DNA from: Harriotta raleighana
Lineage: Eukaryota
Assembly (NCBI GenBank): GCA_050575255.1
Contig: JBNZDD010013687.1
Span: forward strand, 4,326,082-4,390,081
Reading direction: 5' to 3'
Length of the DNA stretch: 64,000 nucleotides
Shown here: positions 1 through 12,139 of the stretch, one piece after another
Layout: each line of letters begins with the position of its first letter
Numbering within the stretch: position 1 is the stretch's first letter
The notes under the pieces: model-generated
The model's input: the letters and a program-made list of their open reading frames with translations, nothing else
Databases searched by the model: none
What the model was told of the DNA's origin: nothing
Translations under genes and position numbers: made by a program

Positions 1-61
1 AATTACTTCAGCAGTAAAAAGGGCACGACTGCCTGAGGAATTGTACATTACAGAAGTATAC

Positions 62-258
62 CTGCAGCTTTAGTACTTATTCCTATGGTTGGAGGTAAAG
101 CACAAAATAAAGGTTTTTATGTCAAACCACACCTCAGGTATTTAGGACATCCGTCACTTGAACTTCTGACACCGGATTAGGGTTTTGCAAGTGTCAAAGT
201 ACATGTCAGTGCGCTTTGTCACAAACTAATAATAACACTAGCCTAAAGACATTTTTAA
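62..258 (-). other. Putative exon of the minus-strand transcript (3' boundary uncertain)
   Basis: Strong acceptor tttctttttttcctctcaccag|TT at 259/258; possible donor GCAG|GTATAC at 62/61; no through-going ORF. Confidence 0.35.
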
Positions 259-374
259 CTGGTGAGAGGAAAAAAAGAAAAACTACAGTAATCTCCTAAA
301 TTATATAATCTTATGTATTCCTTAAATCATTGGTAATATATGGCAGTACTTCATATGCATTAAAGAAATCTTAC

Positions 375-418
375 CTGAAGGCCATGATATTTGTTCAACT
401 TTTCATAAGCACCATACA
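375..418 (-). other. Putative 44-nt exon of the minus-strand transcript
   Basis: Acceptor aaaatctttcag|TG and donor TTCAG|GTAAGA; one open frame (V)YGAYEKLNKYHGLQ. Confidence 0.45.
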
Positions 419-1827
419 CTGAAAGATTTTTAAAACATAGAAGGATGGGATTCATTAAAAGAAATTCTGGCAATGTAAAATGAAATCTATTGTATTGCTT
501 ACTATAATCAAAACATTACAAGTACTGTATCAATAAAAAGTTATCATAGACATTCATTTAGGTGTCCAGAAGTCATAATCCAAAATACTGTAATTTAATC
601 TTGATTTCCTAAAACAATGTTGAAGCACACATTTCTTAGATTAATGATACAGTTCTTCTGCTTCATTATCACATGTAGTCACTATACTCTACGCTACAAT
701 AAATCCTGTCCAGCACTTTGAGATGTCCTTCTAAAGTGAAGGTGCGATGTTAAATTATTCTTCGTTATAAATATGCCAGTAAAATTTGTCAATTTTATGC
801 ATAGTTTAATGCTGTATAAAGGATTATTTGGGCAATATGCCCTTTCACTCAGGTCTTTTTTATTATAATTTTTTATAATTTTTATTTGCCCAAAATACCC
901 AGATCTAGATAATGAGTCACACAGTAATATCAGTGTTACACAAAAACCTAAGTAGAAGTACAGTAATATGAATAGAAACAAACACACCAATTAATACTTT
1001 GAATAAGGGAGAGGCTGATGTAATAAATCATAAAATAACTGAAAGAACAAACATCACTTATTTTTTGGGTGTAACATGAGTGCCAATAGATATTTACATA
1101 AACTGCAACCACACAAATAATTATGTTCTCACGCCACTTGATTTGTGCGAAAGATAAACTGATAAAAAATTAACCTGTACCCAATCCGGTTTTACTTTCT
1201 ATAGGAACAAAACACATCCTTTCAGTGAAATGTGCCCGAAATAATATCTAACATGTACAGGTTATGTAGATCTAATGACAATTATAAAGTAATCATAGAA
1301 AATTAAAAATACCTCCCACTAAAATACCCACAAAAGTAATAATGTAACCTTTTTGCAAACACAACTTCAAAAACCCGTATGTCAGTTTGCTAAAGTACTC
1401 CTATATTTTTAAGAATCAATAACTGGAAAAGGGCTGCCAGGATCTTTCGATTCTGCACAAGATTCAAAAAAAATTGATTTATCACATTGGGGATTTTCAC
1501 GCTCTCACAGAACTATTTATATTTTACATTACATAGATGGCAAATCCATTTGAGCATTTTAATCAAGTGCATTTTCAAACCCAAGTTAATACCATTTACA
1601 CTCCAGGATTGGTAAATGTCACTGCTCATCTTATTCTGGTTAGTTTACTTATGTGCCCACTATTACATTTGTTACACATTTAGAGATATTCATGCCACAT
1701 AAAAAGTTCTTCAATGGCAAGTTTCTGGAGCTGTTGATCCAATGCCAGAAACAACTCTTCAAATCTATTCTGAGTGCCAAGATCCTTTCATTTGCCCTCA
1801 TTCATCCATATGAACATAATTTGATGG

Positions 1828-2230
1828 ATAATAATAATCCTTGCATTTGATATAGCATTCAGACATCTCAAAGTGTTTCACATAATATACTGCAAATTGG
1901 ATTGACTGTGTATTTATGGGCTAACCCGGAAGCCATTAGCACACAGCAATGAATGAGTGACCAATTTTATTTAGGGGATTGTTGGCCAGGACATTGGGAA
2001 AACTTTCTTCTCTTTTCTAATAGTGTATTGGATCTTGAACAGCCATCTGAACAGGCAGATGGGACCTTGTCTCATTCAAAGGACGGTATCTGGACAATGT
2101 AACAGCCCTCTAACCACTACATTGGGAGTGTCGACTTAGACTATGTAATTCCAAGTCGTGACATAGGGCTTGAACCCACAATCTTTTATCCCGAAGGTGA
2201 TAATTCTACCACTGTGCCAGACTGACACAC
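1828..2230 (-). mobile_element. Old Deu-domain SINE, diverged
   Basis: (ATA)n-ATCCTTGCATTTGATATAGC tail shared with other SINE copies, followed by a degenerate Deu-type body. Confidence 0.65.
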
Positions 2231-5224
2231 AATATTTCCACAGAGATTGCAAAACTTCCAGAGAGAACACAATTGCAAAATTTATATGTGGAAATTGAAT
2301 GAATGAACAGAATTTTTCAATCAACAGATTCAGGTATGTTTCCAAACAAAGCAATGTCATTGTGAATTTTAAGAAAATATACGAGTTCTCCTTCCTCTCC
2401 ATCACTTTCTGCTCCACTGAAATTTATGAATAAGGACCTCCACCAGGACAACATTTAATTAAAAACTCACTTAAGATGCCAGTTACCTAAGTTTAAGTAC
2501 TTCTACACTAATGATCCCAAGATCCATTTAGAACTTCCATTAGTTTAGGTGATACCACGCACTGTTTATTTTTTAATGACTTAAGTTTCCAACCTTTTAC
2601 CAATTATTCTGAAAATAGTTTTGTAAAACTTAATCATCAAATATTTAAAGCCATTTTACAAAGGACTTGAATTATGTACTATTTAATTCTTCAGAAAACA
2701 AGAGCAAGATTTAAGGACTGAACTTTAATTGGCATACAATAGCTGTTGAACACAGACGTTTTCGGATATTATAGACTGCTTGCCAGAGCAAGCTTTATGG
2801 TTCACTGATCTCTTGTGTCAACCAGTGTTGGTTGTTGAAGAGTGATGACAGATCTCCAGGATCTAGGCCACCATCACTTGAACACTGTGTCCCTCTATTA
2901 GGTTACAGAGGGGAATATACTGCAGCACATTCAGCGCTTTGAGACATGAAAGGCTCTCTATCAATGTAATTTTGTTGTTGTTGGATTCTTCGCAAAGGTG
3001 AATGTAGTTTTCTTTGAAAAATACTAAGAAATATTAAGATAAGAGTTTAAACATGTTCAATAATTCATGATTCAAAAAATCTTTCAACTTAACCCAATCA
3101 AGTTTACAAATGGTTTATTTCCAAAACGTTCAATAAAACAAACTCCTTTCATCCTCATTATTTCTAGAAGAGGGCACATAAAATGTGACAGGGCAGGAAA
3201 AGAGGGGGTGGGGTGGGGGGAGAGAAATATATTCTACGCATAAGAAAATAATGGTTCAGTCAAATCAGTAAATTGACCGCCAGATGAGCTGGAAATCCAT
3301 TAAATCATCAAAGCTACTTATAGAAAACAGTGTATTATACAGCAGATCAAAAACAGCAATAAGTGCTTCATAATTAATATTTCAATTTAGTAGCCAGACT
3401 ATTCACAACTTATTCTGGTATACTGAGTACAGTTTATATTAGATCTACTATTTAAGATGATTAACTTGTTTGCACTGTCTCAGTTATCACATGAAAGAAT
3501 ACAGGAATGGCTAATTATAAAAATAGGCTACTGAAACTAAATTTGATTAATTTGGCATTTTATCTACCAAATTGTAAAAAAAATGAATTCCTTATTTTTC
3601 CAATTTAAAAATGGCCCATGCTAGTTCTCATCAATACTACAAGAATTGGAAAACCAATTATTGCAACTAGACTTACTCTTTAATCCCAAATCTTTTTCAG
3701 TGTAGTACAAATAGGTCTAAGCAGTGCTTTAATAGGAAGGCTCTATGTGAATACTATAGGAGACTAGATTGCTAAAGGATGAATAGTTCATTGTTCATAG
3801 TACATTTATGTGAGGCAGTCTCATCATTCCACTTTACTTCAATTGAGATTTAAGAACTGGTACATATACCCAGCAGGAAGGCTTAAATACAAAATCCTGG
3901 CCCACACACGTAAGAGTACAACAAGGACATCAATATGGTGACACCAGGTCACTACCCCGGCATCTTCTGCTTATCCAACATCAAAGGAAAAATTCAGCTG
4001 TGATTCTGGAAAGTATATTCAAAATTGGCCCAGAGTAAAGCCAAGATTCTTCTGCTAGGGGTGAGATAGCATAGGAGGAAAGCTCTTAACTAATTTGAGC
4101 TTGCCTAATACCTCATCCCCACCAGGCAGAACTCATTTCTGCTATAATTCCTACCAAAGCCTATATATGGGCTTTACAAAGTACACAGGATACTGCAACA
4201 TATCATTAAAAGAAGTTGTAAAATACTGGATTACAATCCCCAAAGAAGCAGATAGGTGCCCACCCTCTGAAATCACCCTCAGAATTTCTATTCTGCAGCA
4301 TTAATTAAATAATTGGTCACTCACTCCATTTCTGTACGCAACTGGTTGGCGTGTTTCGTCCACAAAACACAGTCAAACCATTTTACACTTGATCCAGTAA
4401 AACGCTTTGAGTCATTTCAATGATGCTATATCAAATGCAAGTGGTATACTATTGGGGGCAAAAATGTACACCAATGTAAGAAACCTTTAGGAACTAATGT
4501 AATTCTGTAAAACCAAATCCAGAGCAGTATAGTTAGTCATGGTGGGTCAATATTCACTGGAAATCTGGCAAACAGCCCCACCTTGTGGATTACTACCATC
4601 AATCATGATTGAATTACAGTACAGTATTTCAATAGATAACCAAGTCTTCTTGTACAGTTTTTCATACATCTTTTGAGTTGAATAAAATATTTATTAAAAA
4701 CATTGGGTTTCATCTATTTCAGTAATTACAAAAGCACAAATAAAGCCAACTTATTGTTCAGGTTAATATAAAATTGTGACTCAGAAAACAACCAAAACCA
4801 GAAAATTTGTACCAAATACATAAATGGCCTTTAAACTGTGCAATGTAATAAAAGGTACCATGAAAGCACAATAAAAACTATATTTTTCTCGGTGGTGTGG
4901 GGATGTGGTGCACAATCATCTTTCAAGACAAAAATCAATTGATCATGAAATTAATCAGTCCAGATCATTCAACAAAAGAAATGAAAACATCTAGACATCT
5001 ATTTGTATTGTTACTTTAACTGCTGTCGAGACTGCAATACTTGCACAATATAGATTGATATTTAAAGGCATACCATTGATCTAAACACAAATTAATATAA
5101 CTATTTAAGTCCTGTACATCCTTTGTAAATAACCATTTAGAATGTACAATATAGAAAACATGATGGATGTTTCACAAAATCATTTTAACCAGGCGTTTCA
5201 TTAACAACTCTAAAGGGTTTACGT

Positions 5225-5535
5225 ATTATACAATCGTGGCATAGTTGGGATGAGGGATGGCAGCTGAAGGAACAGTTGAAAAGGAGGGTCTTGAGATTGG
5301 CCTTGAAGGAGGCAAGGGAGAGAGCAAGGCAAAGGGATTGTGGGGTGGAGTTCCAAAGCATGGGGATAGAGAGACTGAAAGAACATCAGTAATCCTAGAA
5401 TTGAGGGTGGAGGCAAGAGATAGGTGTCATCTGCATACAAATGGAAATTTATCCCATGTCTGTAGATGATGTCACTAAGGTGGAGCATGGAGAGGTTGAA
5501 GCGGAGGGGACTGAGAACACGAGATGGTATGGAGG
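5225..5535 (-). mobile_element. L2 LINE fragments, internally deleted
   Basis: Minus-strand translation contains DIIYRHGINFHLYADDT (RT YADD motif) joined to L2 3'-end sequence. Confidence 0.8.
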
Positions 5536-5957
5536 CTGAAGAGAAAAGGGAATTCCTCACAGTCCAATCAATGAAAATAATTGACATTGTAAGAAAATAG
5601 ACAAAAACATTCTTGTTCCATCCATTTTTCCAAAATGCATTCTAGTGAGATGATGTGAAACCCAACACTTTGATTAGACTGCCATCTACTGCTAATTACT
5701 ACAACAAACGAGATGTGCACATATAAAATATACCTCCCCACAAATAATCTGATACATTCATCAATGTAAAATGTGAACTAGTAAAAAGTGTAATTTGAAC
5801 AAATGTAGAAGTCAGACCACCAATTTCAGAATCTGTATCTTTTCTGAATAATTCATTGAAATTTAGTGATCTGAGTGTTTAAAAGATTTATTACTTTGAA
5901 TAGTTAAAAAATATGTTGTTTTAACTGATGGCTTTTACAATATTAATCTTTGCAAAT

Positions 5958-6155
5958 GATATAATAATAATCTTTGTATTTGATATAGCACTTTTCATGT
6001 CTTCTAGACATTTCAAAGCGCTTCACAAAATATACTGTAAAGTAAACTGACTGCATATTTGTAGGCAAAACGCGGCAGCCAATTGCGCACAGTTGTGACC
6101 CACAAATAGTCGTGGATTGAGTGACCAAATTTTTTCTTCTTAGGGATTGTTATTA
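5958..6155 (-). mobile_element. SINE 3' half (Deu core + L2-like tail)
   Basis: GCGGCAGCCAATTGCGCACAG core and AAAGCGCTTCACA tail as in the other copies. Confidence 0.85.
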
Positions 6156-6172
6156 TTAATAATATTATCAAT

Positions 6173-6394
6173 TAATAATAATCCTTGCATTTGATATAGT
6201 GCTTTTCATGTCTTCCAGAATAGAATATACTGTACAGTCGTAGATTGAATTGACCGATTTTTAAAAAAACATTTTGAGGTATAATTAGGGGTGTGGAGTA
6301 ACGAAACTTGTCCAAGGGTTTCACCCTGTCCGGAATTGAACCTAGGTTTCTTGCTTGTAAGGCGAATGCTCTAACCACTGAGCTATAGGTCTCC
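6173..6394 (-). mobile_element. tRNA-derived SINE with internal deletion
   Basis: Head GGAGACCTATAGCTCAGTGGTTAGAGC...GGTTCAATTCC on the minus strand; same tail; core missing. Confidence 0.85.
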
Positions 6395-6806
6395 ACTTTT
6401 GAGACCAACTTCAAAAATATTATTGTTCAGAAAGTTTCCAATACTGTAGTTCTTTTTATATACAGGCATATATGTATACAGGAATTGGGATATTAATGAA
6501 CCACATGTTGCACGTGATTCATATCCCTTAGTAGGCGACAAAAAAAACTTGACAACATTATGAAAATGTACATGCAGAGTATTAAATTAAATAGTAAAAT
6601 ATGTAATCCTTGAAACAGTACATATGGTTATTCTATTGAACATCCATTGAGGGAGGACTGAGCTCTCTCTTGTTGGAGGTTGCTGCCTTGCATTTTTGTG
6701 GCAAAAGGGGAGTTTCTCTCAGTGTCCCAGACAACAGTCCTCCAGATAAATTGGTCATTTACTTCATAGTGGTTTGAACGACATTTGTGTTTGCTTACAA
6801 AAATTA

Positions 6807-7436
6807 CAGTAGGCCCTTGTCGATCGCGACTTTCTCGATTGCAAATTCAACCATGCGCGAAGAAAAAAAGTCACTTTTTTCGTAACACACGGAAAACTTG
6901 AGTATAGGAGCTGGCTGGCCCCGCATGTATGCGCACGTGGAAGTTCGCCGGCCTCGTGCGATGCTCTCTTGGCAGTAGGGAGAGCGGAGCGATCGATGAG
7001 AAGGGAGAGCGGAGCGATCGATGAGAAGGGAGAACGGAGCGAGCGATGAGAGAAGGGAGAACGGAGCGATTGATGAGAGAAGGGAGAGCGGAGTGATCGA
7101 TGAGAGAAGGGAGAGCGAAGCGATCGATGAGAGAAGGGAGTGGAGCGAGTGACGAGACAATACAGTACTCTAATAATAAATAATTTAGCCAAGCTGTGGT
7201 AGTGTAAGGTGCTGTTTTATTGATTCCAGTGAGTCAGTGAAAGCGGGCCAGCCGGCTGTAGCCCACCTCAGTACGTACCTTGCATTGGTCGGGTGTGGAA
7301 GTGCCTGGAGGCTTGAAGTGGGTAGCCCGTCGCCTAACCCCCTTTTTCCATTACTTATAAAGCTTACCAAACGCGATTTTACCAATTATGCAATTTTTAC
7401 AGGAACGTAACCCCAACGTTCGAGGAGGGCCTACTG
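6807..7436. mobile_element. Non-autonomous Tc1/mariner (Tigger/pogo-type) DNA transposon
   Basis: TA|CAGTAGGCCCT ... AGGGCCTACTG|TA: 11-bp perfect terminal inverted repeats with TA target duplication. Confidence 0.85.
6977..7157 (+). repeat. Minisatellite, ~7 units of 25-27 bp (GGGAGAGCGGAGCGATCGATGA(GA)GAA), inside the MITE
   Basis: Directly visible tandem array. Confidence 0.9.
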
Positions 7437-7626
7437 TATCTACATTTTGCAGTAAATCCCTTCAAGCACTATATCAAAAGAAATAATTATTGTTTTAATA
7501 AATATTATTTGTTACTTTTCAGCCCTAGCTTTGATGCCCCAAATAGATATGAGCCAAGAATGCAAAATAGGTTTATGCTTCTTTTTTGCATTGATAAGAC
7601 TGATAAATCCTCCATAACAGTGCTTC

Positions 7627-7896
7627 AATAATAATAATCCTTGCATTTGATGTAGCGCTTTTCACATTTTATCAACATCTCAAAGCGCTTCATAGAATAT
7701 ACTGTAAAGTGAATTGACTGTGTATATATTTGTGGGTGAAACGAGGCAGCCAATTGCACACAGGAGTGTCCCACAAACAGTCGTGGATTGAAAATAAACA
7801 ATTTTTATTATTGTGGCTTTTTTTCGACAGATTATTATTAGGCATGTGGAGCAAGGAAACTTGCCCAAGGTTTCGCCCTGATCTGCCTAGATTCGG
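7627..7896 (-). mobile_element. tRNA/Deu SINE, head truncated
   Basis: Near-identical to the reverse complement of the 15726-16060 copy, up to the B box. Confidence 0.9.
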
Positions 7897-7904
7897 GAAT
7901 TGTG

Positions 7905-8225
7905 CCCTTAGATTGGAAAATTTATTTAAGAAGGGAGGGAGAAACCAGGAAACTACAGATCTATCAGCTTAACATCAGTTGTAGGGAAACTACTGGAATC
8001 CATCATCAGGGACAGTGTCTGAACACTTCGAGAGGTATGAGCTTGTCAAAAAGTTAGCATGGGTTTGTGAAGGGTAGGTTGTGTCTTGACTAATCGAGTT
8101 GAATTTTTTGAGGAAGTCACTAAAATGGTGGATAATAGGGCAGATTGAAGGCGGGTGTGGTTCAATATAGTAATGTTTGAGGTTGTGCATTTTGGAATAC
8201 AAGATGGAGATGCATTCTAAATGGT
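7905..8225 (+). mobile_element. CR1 LINE ORF2 fragment, degenerate
   Basis: Frameshifted translation FKKGGR..GNYRSISLTSVVGKLLESIIRD..HGFVKGRLCLTN..EFFEEV, typical of CR1 RT. Confidence 0.8.
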
Positions 8226-8509
8226 AAAGCACAAGGGTAAGCGAAAAGCAATTTAGGGAGCTAGAAACATAATTCAGAAGCTATTTTGTTGGTGTAAAGA
8301 GCTAAATGGTTTTAATACGGACCGATATAAACCTTGGGCTGATTCACAGACATAATGCAGTTGAAGTAAAAAAATGTTCACTACCTCTTCCCTGCCTATC
8401 CTCCACTCCTACTGATTGCAATACTAGCTCAGTCGAAATCCTGTCTCATGGGTGCCAGTACCAAGTTACCTTTCCTTTGCTGTAACCCATTACTAATCTA
8501 CTTCCTTAC

Positions 8510-8540
8510 CTTATTCAGAATCTGCAATACCTGTGATTTA
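8510..8540 (-). other. Putative 31-nt exon of the minus-strand transcript
   Basis: Acceptor ttcttttctgggtttttttgttcag|TA and donor TAAG|GTAAGG. Confidence 0.4.
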
Positions 8541-8744
8541 CTGAACAAAAAAAACCCAGAAAAGAAATTAAGAGTGGACAGTTATAATGGCCTTGGTCAG
8601 CTATTGGAAAGGAATGAAAGTCTAATGAGGCAAGTAGTAGGATAATACCAATACAGTACACAATGCAATACATATTAAATAAGTTCTGAAAAGGACTGAT
8701 ACATTACATAAGCTTTAGATTAATTGATACAATTACAAGCTTAC

Positions 8745-8836
8745 CTTTGGACATAATAACTAATGTGTTTTGGAGTTACACATTCTGTCTCTGAAGAAAC
8801 AATACCATTTCCAGTTCATATTCCAAAGCAGCATCC
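8745..8836 (-). other. Putative 92-nt exon of the minus-strand transcript (5' UTR-like)
   Basis: Acceptor ctctgtattttcctcctctcag|GG and donor AAAG|GTAAGC; all three frames contain stops; last 10 nt are ATGTCCAAAG. Confidence 0.55.
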
Positions 8837-9104
8837 CTGAGAGGAGGAAAATACAGAGAATGTTTAGTTCAAGGGATGGGATCCCCTAAAAATAAATATT
8901 TGCTGCAATGACAATCATTGAATGCATTACAAAGTCTGTCTGTTTTGTAATTAATTATATAAAGCTCGATGATGCATGTTGAACAATGGATTTACACTCA
9001 CATCAAGCAGGGGGCAACAGACAACTGACCAACAACTCGGTTCCCCCAAATTTACCCATTATCACTCACAATAGTAACAACAACTTACATTTGCATAAAA
9101 CCTC

Positions 9105-9742
9105 CATAAACCCTCGCCCGTCTCCACTGGCTCCCCATCCCCCAGAGGATCGACTTCAAGATCCTCANNNNNNNNNNNNNNNNNNNNNNNNNNNNNNNNN
9201 NNNNNNNNNNNNNNNNNNNNNNNNNNNNNNNNNNNNNNNNNNNNNNNNNNNNNNNNNNNNNNNNNNNNNNNNNNNNNNNNNNNNNNNNNNNNNNNNNNNN
9301 NNNNNNNNNATCCTCACCTACAAGGCCATTCACGGCCTTGCTCCCTCCTACCTCTCCGACCTACTATCCCCCTATCTACCTGCCCGTACCCTCCGTTCCT
9401 CTGGCTCTGGTCTGCTCCACATCCCCTGCCCTAACCGCCCTACCATTGGTGGCCGGGCTTTCAGCTGCTCAGCCCCCAGGCTCTGGAACTCCATCCCCCA
9501 GTGCCTTTGCCTCGCTCCCTCCCTTTCCTCTTTCAAGGCCGGTCTCAAGACCTTTCTCTTCGACCGTGCCTTCAGCTCCCCTCTCGACTCTCTACCTCCT
9601 CCTTGCTCCCACCCTCCCCCTCCCCCCTCGCCCTGAACATTTCCCCCTGCTCGGGTCTTAAATCATCTGTCCAGCGCCTTGGGACGTCCTCCTGACGTGA
9701 AACGCGCTCTATAAATGTAATTTTGTTGTTGTTGTTGTTGTT
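9105..9742 (+). mobile_element. L2 LINE 3' end with (TTG)n tail, spanning an N gap
   Basis: LHWLPIPQRIDFKIL..LTYKAIHGLAPSYLSDLL..GGRAFSCSAPRLWNSIP..FKAGLKTFLF; tail CAGCGCCTTGGGACG...ATAAATGTAATTTT(GTT)n. Confidence 0.92.
9168..9309. other. Assembly gap (142 N)
   Basis: Run of N. Confidence 0.99.
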
Positions 9743-9744
9743 GG

Positions 9745-11075
9745 ACGGTGTCTCAGAGCACTAAACATTGCTAGAGGCTGAGGCCGAGCTGGGGAGGGAG
9801 AAAGTGACCATAAGCGTGGTCAAGGAGAAAGGTCTTCAGCACGGATCTGAAGATGCGAAAGCAGAGGGTGAAGAGGTTGAGGGAGGGAGTTCCAAAGTTT
9901 CAGGGCCTAGGGGCTGAAAGCACTGCCATCGATGGTAGAGTGGAGGATTCGGGGGAGAAGGAGGAAGCTGTACCCAGTTGAATGGAGGCAGCTGGTTCTG
10001 CTGTGAGGAGAGAGGAGGTTAGAAAGGTAAGGAGGGGCCGAGTAGTGGAGAGATTTAAACACAAGAGTGAGGATCTTGAAGTCGATCCACTCTGTGACAA
10101 AGAGCCAGTGGAGTTTGGCAAGGACTGGGTAATCAGGGTATGAAGTTTGGTCGGGTGAGAATGACGGTGGCAGAGGTTTGGATGAACTGAATTTGGTGAA
10201 TGGTGAAAAAAGGGAGACTGGTAAGGACGTTGGAGTACTCCAGCCGAGAGTTGACAAATGCATGGATCAAGGTTTCGGCAGCTTTTGGTGTGAGGTATTG
10301 ACGGAGACAGGTATTGGTGGAGATGGAAGAAAGGGGTGGTGGTTAGGGACCAGACGTGGGGGAGGATGGATAACTGGGGATCGAACCTGCTGCCTAAGTT
10401 GCGCACGGGTTCAGAGAGTTTTAAGTACCAGTTGAGTAAGTTGAGCAGGTCAGAACCATGGGACAGAAGATGTCAAAAGGAGCCAAAGAGTATGGCTTCC
10501 GTTTTGTTGGGTTTAACTGCAGGAAATTTGCACATATCCGACAGACAAGCTGACAGAACATCAGGGGACAGGGTCGGGTCACAGCTGGATGTGGAAAAGC
10601 AGAGTTGGGTGCCATCCGCAGAGATGTGGAGGTTAACCCCATGATTGCGGATGACATCACCGAAAGGGAGCATATAGATGTAGAAGCGAAGGGGCGTCAA
10701 GGATGGATCCCTGGGGAACCCCTCAGGTGACTGGGTGGAAGCGAGACGAAAAACCATTTGCAGAAATCTGATGCTGGCGGTTTGTTAGGGAGGACTCGAA
10801 CCAAACGAGTGTGATCCCATTGAAGTGGATGATGGAGGACAGACGGTGGAGGATGTATGATCGACTGTGTCAAGTGTGGCAGAGAGGACCAGGAGGACAA
10901 GGAGGCAGAAGAAACCCTGATCACAAATAGAGAGGACATCATTTGTGACTTTCACAAGTGCTGTCTCTGTACTGTGAGCAGGATGGAAGCTGTACTGGAG
11001 GGGTTTGAGTAGGGTGTGGAGGGAGAGGTGTGCACAAAGTTTGTTGGCAGCAACGTGTGCCAGAGCTTTTACAAG
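9745..11075 (-). mobile_element. L2 LINE ORF2 fragment, degenerate
   Basis: Minus-strand pieces HSTETALVKVTND, HGVNLHISADGTQL, LHWLFVTEWIDFKILTLVFKSLH, with frameshifts. Confidence 0.9.
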
Positions 11076-12139
11076 AAAGTACAAGAAAGTTAGTGGAAAC
11101 AAGAAATTTCAGAGATTAAAATCAACAACAAAACAACAAAATTACACTTCTAGAACGCCTTTCATGTCGGGAGGACATCCCATTCTAAAGTAACCCCCAT
11201 TGCTTTACCAAACACTGTTGCAGTATACTATGTGAAATGCTTTGAGATGTCTTCAAGATGAGATAAGGCGCTCTATCAAATTCAAGGATTATTATTATTG
11301 TTGTCTTTTTGTCTTGACCAAATAGGTTTTGAAGATCCAGCAAACCTTTTTGTGATATATACTGTGTTGAACTATATCTACTCTAGTTAAAATGTCCCAA
11401 GTCCATCAATTTACTACAGATATAATTTTTAGTGCACTAGATGGTGAGTAGGATTTTAAAAAATAATTACACTGAAATGAAGAAACCCTTAATAATCAAA
11501 CAAACATTTAATTACCGATTAGTAGCAAACTATGCCAATTGTTGCAAATTTTAATGATCAATTCAATTATTATGTACATTAAGACTGGAATACAAAATTA
11601 AAGCATCCAGTGAATGGAAATGACATGTTAAATACATTTGCTTAAATTGATATCCAACTTAAATCTATTTAAACAAATCAAGTAGCCCATTAATAATAGC
11701 AAACAACTATTGAAACCACAATGGTACAAGATACAGCACTTCAAAGTACTTTGAGCAGATGACTAATGTGATAGTTTCAGAAAGATTACCACCCCCCACC
11801 CCTCCCACCCCACACGCATCCATTGCTGTCTCCAATTGCAACAGAAAGTCGTACAAGTATTGGATATAGCAAAATCAATGCTTTCTCCAAGTATGGTACT
11901 GCAATGGATAGAACTAAAGCCAGGGAATCCTTAGTTTCATCATCTCCAAACAGTTTAGTTGGACAAATTTACTGTACTTTAAACGCAAATAGTGATAAGC
12001 GATAAGACGCTCACCAAGTAAAACTGCAATGGGCAACATCATTAGATCGCTAACAGAACTGCAATAAATCAAGTTTTGCGGTAGGTCTGGGTGCAGTTAT
12101 CTTCGGTTATTACTATTTCATGAATGGCACTAGATTGTA

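Noticed and set aside
694-2417. Minus-strand ORFs 694-990 and 2136-2417 as MIPOL1 coding exons
   Set aside because: No coiled-coil MIPOL1-like sequence and no convincing paired splice sites; the second runs into a SINE.
6764-7192. Repetitive ORFs (SHRSLRSPF)n and a CRISPR-like look
   Set aside because: Plain minisatellite with no unique spacers, inside a MITE in a vertebrate genome; no cas genes.
8986-9636. 216-aa ORF
   Set aside because: Open only because it reads through Ns; the remainder is L2 ORF2 C-terminus.
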